Of a stretch of 64,000 nt of DNA, positions 16,057 to 25,868 are shown piece after piece (the first letter of the stretch is position 1; every line of letters begins with the position of its first letter). Position numbers and translations under genes: made by a program. The stretch is from Bacteroidota bacterium. GTDB taxonomy: Bacteria; Bacteroidota; Rhodothermia; Rhodothermales; UBA10348. The notes beneath the pieces are model-generated. The model saw only the letters and a list, made by a program, of their open reading frames with translations, had not been told where the DNA came from and did no database searches. The DNA lies in contig JAQBZH010000007.1 in NCBI GenBank assembly GCA_027622005.1, forward strand, positions 2,084 to 66,083. Reading direction: 5' to 3'.

Positions 16057-17916
16057 CTATCGGACGAGCGTTAAAGAACCAGTTTTAATTTCTGATCCGG
16101 CCCTTAATTCATATAGATACAAACCAGAACCGACTTTGGAATCGTTCGAGTCTAACCCTCTCCATTCCAATCGATGCGTCCCCGCACCGAGCACTCCAGC
16201 AGAAATCTTGGCAACCTCCTGACCTAAAACGGAATACACCCGAAGGCTGACGCTTTCGGTTTTTGGTAAACTGAACTCGATTTGAGTCGATGTTGAAAAT
16301 GGATTTGGAAAACTTCCTTTGAGAGCAAAGATGGTCGGTAATTCAGAATCGGTTTCGGAATCCGTGCTGAGCGAATTTGAAATCGAAAAAGACCCTTCCG
16401 CCGCAAAATCCGAAGCAATCAAAGCATTGTTTATGGCTTGAACACTCCAGTAATAAACACCATCGGGCAAATTCTCTAACGTGAAAGTGGATGATATTGA
16501 AGCATTTCCTGGCTGTGGCATTTGGCGCCATCCGGTTCGACTGTCTGACATGGGTGATACCAAATCCCCAAGTCCAGGGGCCGTGCCCACTCGAACGTTG
16601 TAGGAAACATTAATATTGGACGCATCAGAAGAGGTCGTATTTGGCAACCATCGAAGCTCCACAATTCCATCAGTCAGTTGCGATTCCAATTGCAAAGGCG
16701 CGGAAGGAAGCGTTGGCCGAACCTGCCGTTGATTTACATAAATATTGGTGGAGCTTTGGGCGTATGGCGTGAATCCCGTTGAAAGCAGATCGAGGTCGCC
16801 ATCAGCATCAAAATCACCCCATTCTACATCCGAGAATAAAGAACCAATCAGGTTGGTGACATTAGAAAATTGGTTTCCGCCTTCATTTCGATAAATGCGG
16901 GACAATTTTTTTCCCAACACGGAAACGGCCCCCTGAAACAACACGTCTAGATCCCCATCGTTGTCGTAATCCCCCCATGTGACGTCTCCGGCCAGCATTC
17001 CCTCAAACGACTGGGAAGTCTGAGTGAAAGTGCCCCCACTGTTGTTCCATAAAAGTGTGCCGCCCTCCAAAAGGTTAGCCGAAACGGATCCCCCTCCTAC
17101 GATTAAATCCAAGTCGCCGTCCTTGTCATAATCGCCGAAATCAACAGAAGAAAATGCAAAGGCCCCCAATTCTTGATTCGTCGCGGCAAACTGTCCGTTG
17201 TTATTGAGAAATAATCTTGTGTGGAATCCGTCAGCCCTCGAACCCGAGAGAACGAGGTCCAGATCTCCATCTTTATCGACATCTCCTAAGGCCGAATCTC
17301 CATACCCGACGGCCTGTAGAGCATCGGAAATAATCTGAAACTGACCTCCGCCCAAATTTCTCGCGATGACGGTAACCACTTCATCTGAGGCCAGGGCGCC
17401 CGTTAAAATCAAATCCTGGTCGCCGTCTCTGTCGATGTCTCCCCACGAAGACGAGCCGCTATGTAGTCCAGGAAAACCGGCTCCTACATCAGTAAAAGTT
17501 GTTCCATTATTTCGGTACAAACGAGTACTTGGACTGTATGGGTGGAGCATGGTGGAACTGCCAGCCACCAACAGATCGAGGTCCCCGTCGCGATCAAAAT
17601 CTACCCAGGAGGAAAACGAATAAACGACGGCGCCAATGGGCGAGGACAGAAGGGTAAAACTAGCCGAACCGTTGGTCGCAAAACCGTTATTGACGTAGAT
17701 CCCCGAAATCAAACCCGTTGAAGTCTCTCCGCTAATAAACACGTCCAAATCGCGATCGCCATCAATGTCTCCCCAAGAAACGCTGCCATGTCGAATCATG
17801 GGTAGGTTATGACCCAAGGTGGTGAAAAAGAACGGTTGAACAACGGGTTGAGCAACCACAAGGACCGGTAAACCAATCAGTGCAATCACCAGTGCAAGAC
17901 TACGAAAACTGCTCAT
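16057..17916 (-). CDS. FG-GAP/VCBS-repeat protein with a T9SS C-terminal sorting domain
   Basis: The ATG at 17916 gives the signal peptide MSSFRSLALVIALIGLPVLVVAQP. The track start at 18024 adds an implausible leader. It has about eight DxDxDGDLD repeats, a middle Ig/FN3-like segment, and a C-terminus (FPNPFSTSTQIEFSLP...LRVYSVLGQEV...GLYLYELRAG) typical of T9SS cargo. Confidence 0.8.
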   Translation of the reverse strand: MSSFRSLALVIALIGLPVLVVAQPVVQPFFFTTLGHNLPMIRHGSVSWGDIDGDRDLDVFISGETSTGLISGIYVNNGFATNGSASFTLLSSPIGAVVYSFSSWVDFDRDGDLDLLVAGSSTMLHPYSPSTRLYRNNGTTFTDVGAGFPGLHSGSSSWGDIDRDGDQDLILTGALASDEVVTVIARNLGGGQFQIISDALQAVGYGDSALGDVDKDGDLDLVLSGSRADGFHTRLFLNNNGQFAATNQELGAFAFSSVDFGDYDKDGDLDLIVGGGSVSANLLEGGTLLWNNSGGTFTQTSQSFEGMLAGDVTWGDYDNDGDLDVLFQGAVSVLGKKLSRIYRNEGGNQFSNVTNLIGSLFSDVEWGDFDADGDLDLLSTGFTPYAQSSTNIYVNQRQVRPTLPSAPLQLESQLTDGIVELRWLPNTTSSDASNINVSYNVRVGTAPGLGDLVSPMSDSRTGWRQMPQPGNASISSTFTLENLPDGVYYWSVQAINNALIASDFAAEGSFSISNSLSTDSETDSELPTIFALKGSFPNPFSTSTQIEFSLPKTESVSLRVYSVLGQEVAKISAGVLGAGTHRLEWRGLDSNDSKVGSGLYLYELRAGSEIKTGSLTLVR

Positions 17917-18089
17917 ACACGATTCAGATGTCAGAAAAAAGAATTCAAAGGAGGTTTGTGCCGACTTCTGGTTCGAGAAAGTTTTGAAGTAAAAATCAAC
18001 TTGGAGAGGCCAAGAGTAGTCCACGCACAGAATGGCTAAAGGTAAATAGTATGGGTTTAATATCCACGTAAATGCCGATAGAATTACCC

Positions 18090-18830
18090 TTACCCTTCCA
18101 TTTCCTTTCCGGTAGCAGCTAGAATCAATTCCTCAGAAGTATCCTTTCCCAAATACCTGTCAATAGCCCAATGGGCGAGGTAGATCAAAGGTGTTATTAA
18201 GATGGCTACAATAAATTTATACCCATAATTAAACAGCGTAATCGCAACAATCGTTTGAAACGTCATTGGGCCATAGAACGCTATAAAAAGGACTACAAAC
18301 GTATCCAAAAACTGCGAACCAAAGGTCGACCCCGTGGCGCGCAACCACAGATGTTTTCCGGCCGTTATTTTTCGCAACCAATGAAACAAGGAGATGTCTG
18401 CAAGTTGGCCAATAAAGTACGCAACCATGCTTCCGATAATAATGCGACCACTCGCTCCAAAAACGGACAGAAAGGCCTCGTCGGGTACAGGGGAAATCGA
18501 AGCAGTTGGTACCGACATGGCCACCTGGATCAACCCAAATTCGAACATAATCATGCACAGGCCGATATATGTGACGAATTTAATCCCGGGTTTTCCAAAA
18601 TACTCGTTCAGCAAATCGGTCACGATAAAGGTAATGGGGAACGCGATGACCCCGGCTGTCATGATCACTTCGTCGAACGACTGGCCTAAAATGTTGAGGG
18701 CAAAAGGCAGCTTTATCACGGTAAACAACTTTCCAGCTGTAGCCTCAGCCACAACAAGGGCTGTTAAAAAAATGGCGGTGCAAACCACAAACAGTTTTTG
18801 AGGCCGCGAAAGCAGGTGGATTTTGCTCAT
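18090..18830 (-). CDS. yhhQ: Queuosine-precursor transporter family protein (YhhQ/DUF165, VUT family)
   Basis: 246 aa polytopic membrane protein. AGKLFTV...VIMTAGVIAFPITFIVTDLLNEYFGK and FGSQFLDTFVVLFIAF match the conserved YhhQ/DUF165 blocks as I recall them. Confidence 0.7.
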   Translation of the reverse strand: MSKIHLLSRPQKLFVVCTAIFLTALVVAEATAGKLFTVIKLPFALNILGQSFDEVIMTAGVIAFPITFIVTDLLNEYFGKPGIKFVTYIGLCMIMFEFGLIQVAMSVPTASISPVPDEAFLSVFGASGRIIIGSMVAYFIGQLADISLFHWLRKITAGKHLWLRATGSTFGSQFLDTFVVLFIAFYGPMTFQTIVAITLFNYGYKFIVAILITPLIYLAHWAIDRYLGKDTSEELILAATGKEMEG

Positions 18831-18885
18831 TTGGTTCTGGTAGATTGGATGGGTTGACCCAGATTACAAGATGCAAGAGACCAAA

Positions 18886-19965
18886 TCAAGCGGGTCCTTG
18901 CGATGGATCCGGAATAGCCTTGCTTTGCTTTGGAGCAACGGGCAAGTCAAATTTAAACGTTGATCCTACACCGGGCTGACTTTTGATTTGCAAAACTTGG
19001 TCATGAGCGGCCAGAATATGTTTTACAATGGAAAGCCCTAGGCCCGTTCCGCCGCCCAATCGGGACCTACTTTTATCCACTCTGAAAAAGCGTTCGGTCA
19101 ATCTCCCGATATGCTCTTTGCTGATTCCGATTCCGTGATCTCGAACGGCAATTTCAATCACTCCATCTTTTGTTAGTTGAGCTGAAATAAAAACATGGTT
19201 GCCCGGATTGGAATATTTGATAGCATTGACGACCAAATTTGTCAGAACCTGTCGTAATTGAATCGCATCTCCAACCGCTATCAACGAGTTGTCAGAAAGC
19301 GATGTTTGCAGGTTGATGTCAGTGGCCTGGGCCATGGACTCTACCGAATCTACCACATCGGCAATCCAACGAGAAACGACAAAAGGAGCCAAAATGATCG
19401 CTTTTTCACCGGTCTCCAGGCGTGAAATTTCCGAAAGGTCCTTTGCTAAATTGGCTAATCGATCTGCATTCCGAACAATTTTCTCGACAAAACCTACCCG
19501 GACCTCCGTATCCTCCAAGGCTCCACCCAAAAGCGTCTCTGCAAAACCGCGAATGGCAAAAATGGGGGTTTTGAACTCGTGGGATACATTTCCGATAAAG
19601 TCTCGGCGATGGTGTTCCAGGTTTTTAAGCTCCTCAAACTCCTTGCTAACGACACTGCCTGTTCTGTAAACCTGTCGAATGAGATCGTCTATTTCATCTC
19701 CGCGACTCGCCGCGATAAGATCTGAGGTTTCGAACGTGTGTTTCCGGATGTGCTTGACGGCCGTTTTAGCAAATGAAAGACGAGCATTTATGGTTTTCTC
19801 GCAGGCCCAATACGCACTGAGAAACGCGACCAGAATTACAATGAACGTACCCGTCCAAGACCATTCCCACACTAACCATTGGAGGATGCTGAGGGCCACC
19901 CCGGTTACTGCGGCAATCGTTAGGCCAAATTTTACGGCCAGTTTATACGGTTTTCGGTTCTGCAT
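18886..19965 (-). CDS. Sensor histidine kinase (HisKA + HATPase_c, short or absent periplasmic loop)
   Basis: 359 aa with two adjacent N-terminal TM helices. It has the H-box NVSHEFKTPI, the N-box LVVNAIKYS, and G-boxes DHGIGI and GGTGLGLSIV. Confidence 0.9.
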   Translation of the reverse strand: MQNRKPYKLAVKFGLTIAAVTGVALSILQWLVWEWSWTGTFIVILVAFLSAYWACEKTINARLSFAKTAVKHIRKHTFETSDLIAASRGDEIDDLIRQVYRTGSVVSKEFEELKNLEHHRRDFIGNVSHEFKTPIFAIRGFAETLLGGALEDTEVRVGFVEKIVRNADRLANLAKDLSEISRLETGEKAIILAPFVVSRWIADVVDSVESMAQATDINLQTSLSDNSLIAVGDAIQLRQVLTNLVVNAIKYSNPGNHVFISAQLTKDGVIEIAVRDHGIGISKEHIGRLTERFFRVDKSRSRLGGGTGLGLSIVKHILAAHDQVLQIKSQPGVGSTFKFDLPVAPKQSKAIPDPSQGPA

Positions 19966-20038
19966 TGAAACGAAGCGTCGTGGGGTTAAGCCATCTCATG
20001 AGTTTGAGATCGGGCCAGATCCTGGGCTCGAACCCGTC

Positions 20039-20758
20039 TTAGTTTTCATCCAAACGAGAGGCCAATCGATAGCCAACTCCTTTAACGGTTTCAATGTAAT
20101 GATCCCCGATCTTTTCTCTTATTTTTCTGATATGGACGTCTACCGTTCGGTCCACGACGTACACGTCGCTCCCCCAAACCCGATCTAACAGTTCTTGTCT
20201 AGAAAAAACACGCCCGGGCTTTTGAGCTAAGAAAAACAACAGATCAAATTCCTTTCGGGCCAGGTGCACGGGGCTTTCAACGTCTTTGAGTCGTGCTTCG
20301 TATCGGTCTTTGTCGATCACGAGGTCTCCCAATTTCAAGATGTTTGGGCTCGTTCCAGGATGATTTACTCCCCGAAGCAGAGCTTTTACCTGGCTGAGGA
20401 ATACGGGAATAGAAATGGGCTTTGAAAGATAAATATCGGCCCCTGAATCCAAGCCGACTACGTGATCCGCCTCACTCCCGCGTGCGGTGAGCATCAAGAT
20501 CGGAATCTCACGGAGGTTGGCGTTCTGACGAAGCGATTTCACAGCCTCCAACCCATCCAGTCGGGGCATCATAATATCGAGCACAATGAGGTCGGGTTGA
20601 TGAAATTGTGCTTTTTCAATCCCCTCCTGCCCATCTAAAGCTACAATCGTGTCGTATTTTTCCTTTTTCAGGTTATACTGAAGCAAGTCCAATATGTCTG
20701 GTTCATCATCGACAATGAGAATTAGCGGTTGCTTCCGAAGAGACGCTGATCGATTCAT
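20039..20758 (-). CDS. OmpR/PhoB-family response regulator
   Basis: 239 aa. The receiver domain has ILIVDDEPDI, a phospho-acceptor context LIVLDIMMPRLDG, and LMLTA. The C-terminal winged-helix region is LARKEFDLLFFLAQKPGRVFSRQELLDRVWG...VDVHIRKIREKI. It lies upstream of, and on the same strand as, the kinase gene. Confidence 0.92.
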   Translation of the reverse strand: MNRSASLRKQPLILIVDDEPDILDLLQYNLKKEKYDTIVALDGQEGIEKAQFHQPDLIVLDIMMPRLDGLEAVKSLRQNANLREIPILMLTARGSEADHVVGLDSGADIYLSKPISIPVFLSQVKALLRGVNHPGTSPNILKLGDLVIDKDRYEARLKDVESPVHLARKEFDLLFFLAQKPGRVFSRQELLDRVWGSDVYVVDRTVDVHIRKIREKIGDHYIETVKGVGYRLASRLDEN

Positions 20759-20787
20759 TGATGGACTCGAAGTGCTTAGAGGGCATA

Positions 20788-20804
20788 GTAGATTTATAAT
20801 CTAC
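20788..20804. promoter_or_regulatory. Perfect 7-bp inverted repeat (GTAGATT-tat-AATCTAC) in a divergent promoter region
   Basis: Read directly from the sequence, between the response-regulator start (20758) and the Gfo/Idh/MocA gene start (20872). Its function is unknown. Confidence 0.25.
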
Positions 20805-20871
20805 AAAACGGGATGATCTTTTAGATTATCATAAGATTAACAATCGGGGTCCTTTCCCTGCTAAGAAAGAC

Positions 20872-22041
20872 ATGACAATAGGAAGAAAGCTTAGATATGC
20901 GATGGTGGGCGGTGGTCCCGGTGCATTTATCGGTGCCGTCCATCGGATGGCGGCCCGGCTGGACGGTCTTGCCGAAATTACGGCGGGCGCGTTTTCCTCG
21001 ACACCCGAGAAATCGGCCGAAACGGGCCGAGAGCTGTATTTGGATCCCAGTCGCGTCTATGGATCATGGCAGGAAATGCTGGATAAAGAGTCAGCCCGGA
21101 CGACTGACCGATTGGATTTTATTAGTATAGTAACGCCGAATTTCCTCCATCATCCGGTGGCGAAAGCCGCACTTTTGGCTGGTTTCGACGTGGTTTGCGA
21201 TAAACCCATGACTCTTACGGTTGAAGAAGCCGAAGACCTTTGCCGGACGGTAAAATCCACCGGGCGAGTATTCGCACTAACCCACAATTACACCGGATAC
21301 CCTGTGGTCAAGCAGGCCCGCGATATGGTTCGAGAGGGAAAGCTAGGTACCATTCGAAAGGTTGTGGTCGAATATCCGCAAGGTTGGCTTTCAACCCTCC
21401 TTGAGTCAACTGGTCAAAAGCAAGCCGAGTGGCGCTCTGATCCGGCCCGGGCCGGTATTTCCTCGGCCCTCGGAGACATTGGTACCCATTGCGAAAACCT
21501 CGTCCACTACATTACTGGGCTCGAAATGGATGAAATGCTAGCCGACCTAGGTACAATGGTCGAGGGCCGAGCTTTGGAAGACGATGCATCGATTCTAATC
21601 CGATACAAGGGCGGCGCACGCGGGATTTTGTATTGTTCTCAAATTAGTATTGGAGAGGAAAACAACCTTACCGTACGTATCTACGGCACAAAAGCAGCTA
21701 TAGAGTGGCGCCAGGAACACCCAAATTGGCTGTACGTCCGCTATCCGGACGCCCCGGAGCAAATCTATAAGAGAGGTAACGGCTATTTAGGTTCGGCCGC
21801 TGCTCATGCGAGCCGACTACCAAGCGGTCACCCAGAGGCATTTATCGAGGGATTTGCAAACATCTATTCCAACGCGATGCGGACCATGGCAGCTCGCCAA
21901 GCCGCGACCCAGCCCAATCTTCTCGACCTCGATTTTCCAACCGTGCAGGACGGAGCTAGAGGCGTTCATTTTATTCATACCGCGGTTCGTAGCCACCAAA
22001 CGCGCTCTTGGGTAGACGCGTCATACCATCCACCAGATTAG
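20872..22041 (+). CDS. Gfo/Idh/MocA-family NAD(P)-dependent oxidoreductase
   Basis: 389 aa. It has an N-terminal Rossmann motif (YAMVGGGPGAFIGAVH), the typical ISIVTPNFLHHPVAKAALLAGFDVVCDKPM block, and a C-terminal alpha/beta domain. Confidence 0.85.
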   Translation: MTIGRKLRYAMVGGGPGAFIGAVHRMAARLDGLAEITAGAFSSTPEKSAETGRELYLDPSRVYGSWQEMLDKESARTTDRLDFISIVTPNFLHHPVAKAALLAGFDVVCDKPMTLTVEEAEDLCRTVKSTGRVFALTHNYTGYPVVKQARDMVREGKLGTIRKVVVEYPQGWLSTLLESTGQKQAEWRSDPARAGISSALGDIGTHCENLVHYITGLEMDEMLADLGTMVEGRALEDDASILIRYKGGARGILYCSQISIGEENNLTVRIYGTKAAIEWRQEHPNWLYVRYPDAPEQIYKRGNGYLGSAAAHASRLPSGHPEAFIEGFANIYSNAMRTMAARQAATQPNLLDLDFPTVQDGARGVHFIHTAVRSHQTRSWVDASYHPPD

Positions 22042-22093
22042 TATTTACGCCTTTTTAGGATCACTTAACCTACTGTAATAAATCAACTTAGAT

Positions 22094-23092
22094 ATGTCAC
22101 GTCCTGTAACACTTTTCACCGGTCAATGGGCCGACCTCACACTGGAAGATCTGGCTAAAAAAGCGGCCGCCTGGGGATATGACGGACTGGAACTTGCCTG
22201 CTGGGGCGACCATTTCGACGTCCAAAGAGCCTTAGCCGAAGACGGGTATTGCGCTGGACGACATGCTCTCCTAGCCAAATATGGATTGAAGGTGTTTGCC
22301 ATCAGCACCCACCTTGTGGGTCAAGCGATCTGCGATCGAATCGATGAGCGTCACAAAGCCATCCTTCCACCTCATGTTTGGGGCGATGGAGACCCAGAAG
22401 GCGTGCGTAGCCGCGCAGCGCGCGAGATGATGGATACCGCCCGTGCTGCCAAACGTCTAGGTGTTAAGGTGGTCAATGGTTTTACGGGAAGCTCAATCTG
22501 GCACCTTCTGTATGCTTTCCCACCGGTTTCGCCATCCGTAATTCAGGCTGGATTTGACGACTTTGCCACGCGCTTTAACCCCATCTTAGATGTTTTTGAC
22601 GAAATGGGTGTTCGATTCGCACTCGAAGTTCACCCCGCGGAAATCGCGTTTGATATCGCATCGGCCGAAAGAGCGTTAGCCGCGATAGGACACAGGAAGG
22701 CGTTTGGATTTAACTACGACCCGAGCCATTTTGGCTATCAGGGGGTCGACTACGTCAAGTTTATTCATCGCTTTGCCGACCGAATCCATCACGTCCATAT
22801 GAAAGACGTCTGGTGGTCAAATGACGGAACGGAAGCAGGAGTTTTTGGCGGTCATACGGATTTTGGGGACGTCAGACGCCAGTGGGATTTCCGCTCATTG
22901 GGACGCGGGAATATTGATTTTGAGGAAATCATTCGGGCGCTCAACCGGAGTGGCTACATGGGCCCGCTTTCCGTCGAATGGGAAGACATCGGAATGGACC
23001 GAGAACACGGCGCCGAAGAGGCATGCGACTTTGTTCGAGCGGTCGATTTTCCTCCTTCCGATCGGGCTTTTGATGCCGCTTTTTCGAAATAA
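22094..23092 (+). CDS. Sugar phosphate isomerase/epimerase (xylose isomerase-like TIM barrel) family protein
   Basis: 332 aa. [28 protein letters not shown] and HVHMKD are typical AP_endonuc_2/TIM-barrel metal-site blocks. This family is a common partner of Gfo/Idh/MocA oxidoreductases. Confidence 0.8.
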   Translation: MSRPVTLFTGQWADLTLEDLAKKAAAWGYDGLELACWGDHFDVQRALAEDGYCAGRHALLAKYGLKVFAISTHLVGQAICDRIDERHKAILPPHVWGDGDPEGVRSRAAREMMDTARAAKRLGVKVVNGFTGSSIWHLLYAFPPVSPSVIQAGFDDFATRFNPILDVFDEMGVRFALEVHPAEIAFDIASAERALAAIGHRKAFGFNYDPSHFGYQGVDYVKFIHRFADRIHHVHMKDVWWSNDGTEAGVFGGHTDFGDVRRQWDFRSLGRGNIDFEEIIRALNRSGYMGPLSVEWEDIGMDREHGAEEACDFVRAVDFPPSDRAFDAAFSK

Positions 23093-23140
23093 GATCTAGC
23101 CGTTCTGCCCTGCAGAACATTGAATATTTTTCGGGTGATG

Positions 23141-23168
23141 GTGCCCGTGATCCAAGGATCACGGGCAC
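23141..23168. terminator. Bidirectional stem-loop between convergent genes
   Basis: GTGCCCGTGATCC-aa-GGATCACGGGCAC forms a perfect 13-bp stem. T-runs flank it on both strands (ttttt upstream, ttt downstream). It sits between the TIM-barrel gene (ends 23092) and the permease gene (ends 23214). Confidence 0.6.
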
Positions 23169-23213
23169 TTTCGGCATTGTAACCGAAGGGGTACCGATCG
23201 GCACCACCCGCTT

Positions 23214-25865
23214 TTATTCGTTGTGCAGATTATCAATCGGATTGGCCATGGCCGCCCAAAGCGACTGGGATCCGATGGTCACCAGTGCTATTAGCAAAAC
23301 GGATCCTAGCCCAAATAGCATCATCCCAATACCCAGGTCAATTCGATACGCAAAGGTTTGCAGCCACATATTGGCTATGAAATAAGCAACCGGTAGTGAG
23401 ATCACGGTGGCGATTCCTATCAACACCAAAAACTCTTTTGAAAGGAGGCGCAGGATCGAGGAAATATCCGCTCCGAGTACTTTTCGAATACTGATTTCCT
23501 TGGTACGGCGCTCCACGTTGAAAGACGCGATGCCAACGAGACCCAAACACGCGATTATAACCGTCAAAACGGCGATAAAGCCAATTAATCGGTACATGTC
23601 CCGAAGGATGCCTAGGATAAAACTATTTTGAAGTTGGGCTTCAAACGATTCAAACTCGACCTGTCTTGCGTACCCAATAGCTTTCCAGGCAGCTGTGATA
23701 GCCTCCGCTCCTCCAGACTCCTGGCCCACCGGTATTCTTACGTTAGCCCAACGAATACTTTGGAGATCGTAAATAAAGATATTCGGTGCGATGGCTTCAG
23801 ATAGGTCATCCGACTGGAAATTTTTCAAAACGCCCGCGATTTCGACCACTGTCGAATCTCCCATAATAAAGGTCTGGCCTATGGCTTCTTCGGGTAAACC
23901 CAGCTGAAGCGATTGGAGTAGAAACTCATTGACCAACACCTTTCTGCTGGTTTCAAAATCCATTTCTGCGGACAAATTTCGCCCCGAGAGCAGCGTTAGC
24001 CCAAAATTATCGACGAGGTGTTCATCGATGGAAAATTGAAATCCTCGAACCATTTCCTCCTCCGTCATCCCTGGAGTTGACACCCAAACGTCAGAGCGGG
24101 AACCCATGGCTGGAATGAGGGAAATTCCGGATACCGCTTCAATGGCAGAATTGCCTGCCAGTTGGTCTCGGAAACGGGCGTACGGCACATCGAAAAGACG
24201 AACATTGATGAGGCGTTCCGTTTTGATGCCATAATCAACTTCCTGGAGAAATGATGCCTGGCGCATCATGGTAACCGTTATTACCAGAAAAATTAGAGAC
24301 ATGGAAAACTGCACCACGACCAACGTTTTGCGCAGTTTGGATCCTCCCGATCGAGACAAATCAGTAGCTCCTTTAACTGCCTCTGCTGGCTGGAAACGAG
24401 AAAGAAATAGGGCCGGGTATATCCCCGCAATCAAAGCGGTGATAAGCGCAAATCCAGCGGTGACTGCGTAAAAATTAACGGAGGTGTAGTCAATATTGAG
24501 CCGAAGTCCGCTTTCGATTACCATAGCGAAACCATTGAAAGCCGGCACCATCCATTGAAGAAACAAGACGGCGATCATAACACTGATAATAGAAACCACG
24601 ACCGTTTCCACGATAAACTGAGACAGAATGTGTGATTTCGCTGCGCCAAAAACCTTTCGTACCCCGACTTCTTTGGCCCGTTTGAGTGAGCGCGAAACTG
24701 TCAATCCGACGTAGTTAAAACTGGCCGTCATTAGGATCATCAAGGCAAGCGATGCGAGGAACCACGCCATTACACCTGGAATCGTCGCTCCGATTTCATT
24801 CCCCATAACCGTTCCGAGACTGATCTCCGTTATGGGTTGGACTCGAAGGTCGACCAAATTATTGTTATCACGTTCGGGAAAGTGGACCGGGATTAATCTT
24901 GAAACACGATTTTGGATGTCAGGAAGCTCAGCTCCCTTTTCGAGCAAGGCAAAGGTGAATGAACGATATATGGACTCGGTCCAAGACTCTAGCGCAGCCA
25001 CCTCGACCGAGTCGGATTCTAATGTTGAATAGGAAGCGATGGCAGAGAGTGGAAAGATGGTCTCGTAGTCGTTTCGTGCCAAAACACCGGTCACCGTGTA
25101 TTCGCGACCGTTTTCCACACTCATGACTTTTCCAATCGGGTCCTCCTTACCGAAAAACTTCTCGGCTTCGGCGGGCGTCAAAATCAACGAACCGGGATTA
25201 ACGAGCGCTGAAGCCTTGTCTCCAGCGGCTAAATCGAACGAAAACAGTTCAAGAAATGCTGGATCGGCCCAAAAACCGTTTAGTGCAAGTCCGTTACCCT
25301 CAAAAACCAGCGTTCCTCTAAAACCACGCCTCATTTTGGCGGTTTTCTCGATTCCAGGTACTTCGGCCGCCATAATTTCCGCCAAATTGGCGGGTGTAGT
25401 GCCGTACAGCGCATTATACCGGTTGAAACTCGCCTTGAAGTCGGAGTAAACTCGAACGAGACGATCTGCATTTTCATGAAACTCGTCTTGGGTCCCGGCT
25501 TGCTGGACGAACAGGATCAGGATCAACCCAACCGCCATGCTGACCGACAAGCCCAAAATATTCAGAAGGGAAAACGCAGCGTGTCGCTTCACATTCCGGA
25601 GGGCAACAAAAAGGTAATTTTTAAGCATGGCAAAAGGATAAATTTGGCGGTTTGATAAACGTTTTTTCCGAAATCGGACACGAAAAAGGGATAAGGCATC
25701 AATCCACAGAATCAGTTTTCCAAACGAGCGGCCGTGACGCTCGGTCCGATATTCACTCAGCTCCTCCAGGTCCCCCCGAAATTCCTCAATGTGATCGTGG
25801 CTACAGAACCATTCCAGTAGCTGATCCATGAAAGGAGGCACCGCACTATTTCGCTTAGGCTCCAT
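23214..25865 (-). CDS. Double FtsX-domain (MacB-like) permease with a cytoplasmic N-terminal prefix and no ATPase domain (ADOP-like), copy 1
   Basis: 883 aa. A roughly 95-aa N-terminal extension (MEPKRNSAVPPFMDQLLEWFCSHDHIEEFRGDLEELSEY...) precedes the canonical MLKNYLFVALRNVKRHAAFSLLNILGLSV start of the permease. The body is two repeats of TM, a large periplasmic domain, and three TMs. I saw no Walker A motif. Confidence 0.85.
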   Translation of the reverse strand: MEPKRNSAVPPFMDQLLEWFCSHDHIEEFRGDLEELSEYRTERHGRSFGKLILWIDALSLFRVRFRKKRLSNRQIYPFAMLKNYLFVALRNVKRHAAFSLLNILGLSVSMAVGLILILFVQQAGTQDEFHENADRLVRVYSDFKASFNRYNALYGTTPANLAEIMAAEVPGIEKTAKMRRGFRGTLVFEGNGLALNGFWADPAFLELFSFDLAAGDKASALVNPGSLILTPAEAEKFFGKEDPIGKVMSVENGREYTVTGVLARNDYETIFPLSAIASYSTLESDSVEVAALESWTESIYRSFTFALLEKGAELPDIQNRVSRLIPVHFPERDNNNLVDLRVQPITEISLGTVMGNEIGATIPGVMAWFLASLALMILMTASFNYVGLTVSRSLKRAKEVGVRKVFGAAKSHILSQFIVETVVVSIISVMIAVLFLQWMVPAFNGFAMVIESGLRLNIDYTSVNFYAVTAGFALITALIAGIYPALFLSRFQPAEAVKGATDLSRSGGSKLRKTLVVVQFSMSLIFLVITVTMMRQASFLQEVDYGIKTERLINVRLFDVPYARFRDQLAGNSAIEAVSGISLIPAMGSRSDVWVSTPGMTEEEMVRGFQFSIDEHLVDNFGLTLLSGRNLSAEMDFETSRKVLVNEFLLQSLQLGLPEEAIGQTFIMGDSTVVEIAGVLKNFQSDDLSEAIAPNIFIYDLQSIRWANVRIPVGQESGGAEAITAAWKAIGYARQVEFESFEAQLQNSFILGILRDMYRLIGFIAVLTVIIACLGLVGIASFNVERRTKEISIRKVLGADISSILRLLSKEFLVLIGIATVISLPVAYFIANMWLQTFAYRIDLGIGMMLFGLGSVLLIALVTIGSQSLWAAMANPIDNLHNE

Positions 25866-25868
25866 TAT

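Noticed and set aside
18831-18885. Possible preQ1 riboswitch in the 55-nt spacer upstream of the yhhQ-like queuosine-precursor transporter
   Set aside because: Read on the minus strand, the spacer (TTTGGTCTCTTGCATCTTGTAATCTGGGTCAACCCATCCAATCTACCAGAACCAA) lacks the A-rich tail and the P1/pseudoknot arrangement I expect for preQ1-I or preQ1-II. The only hairpin is a 5-bp stem with a 2-nt loop.
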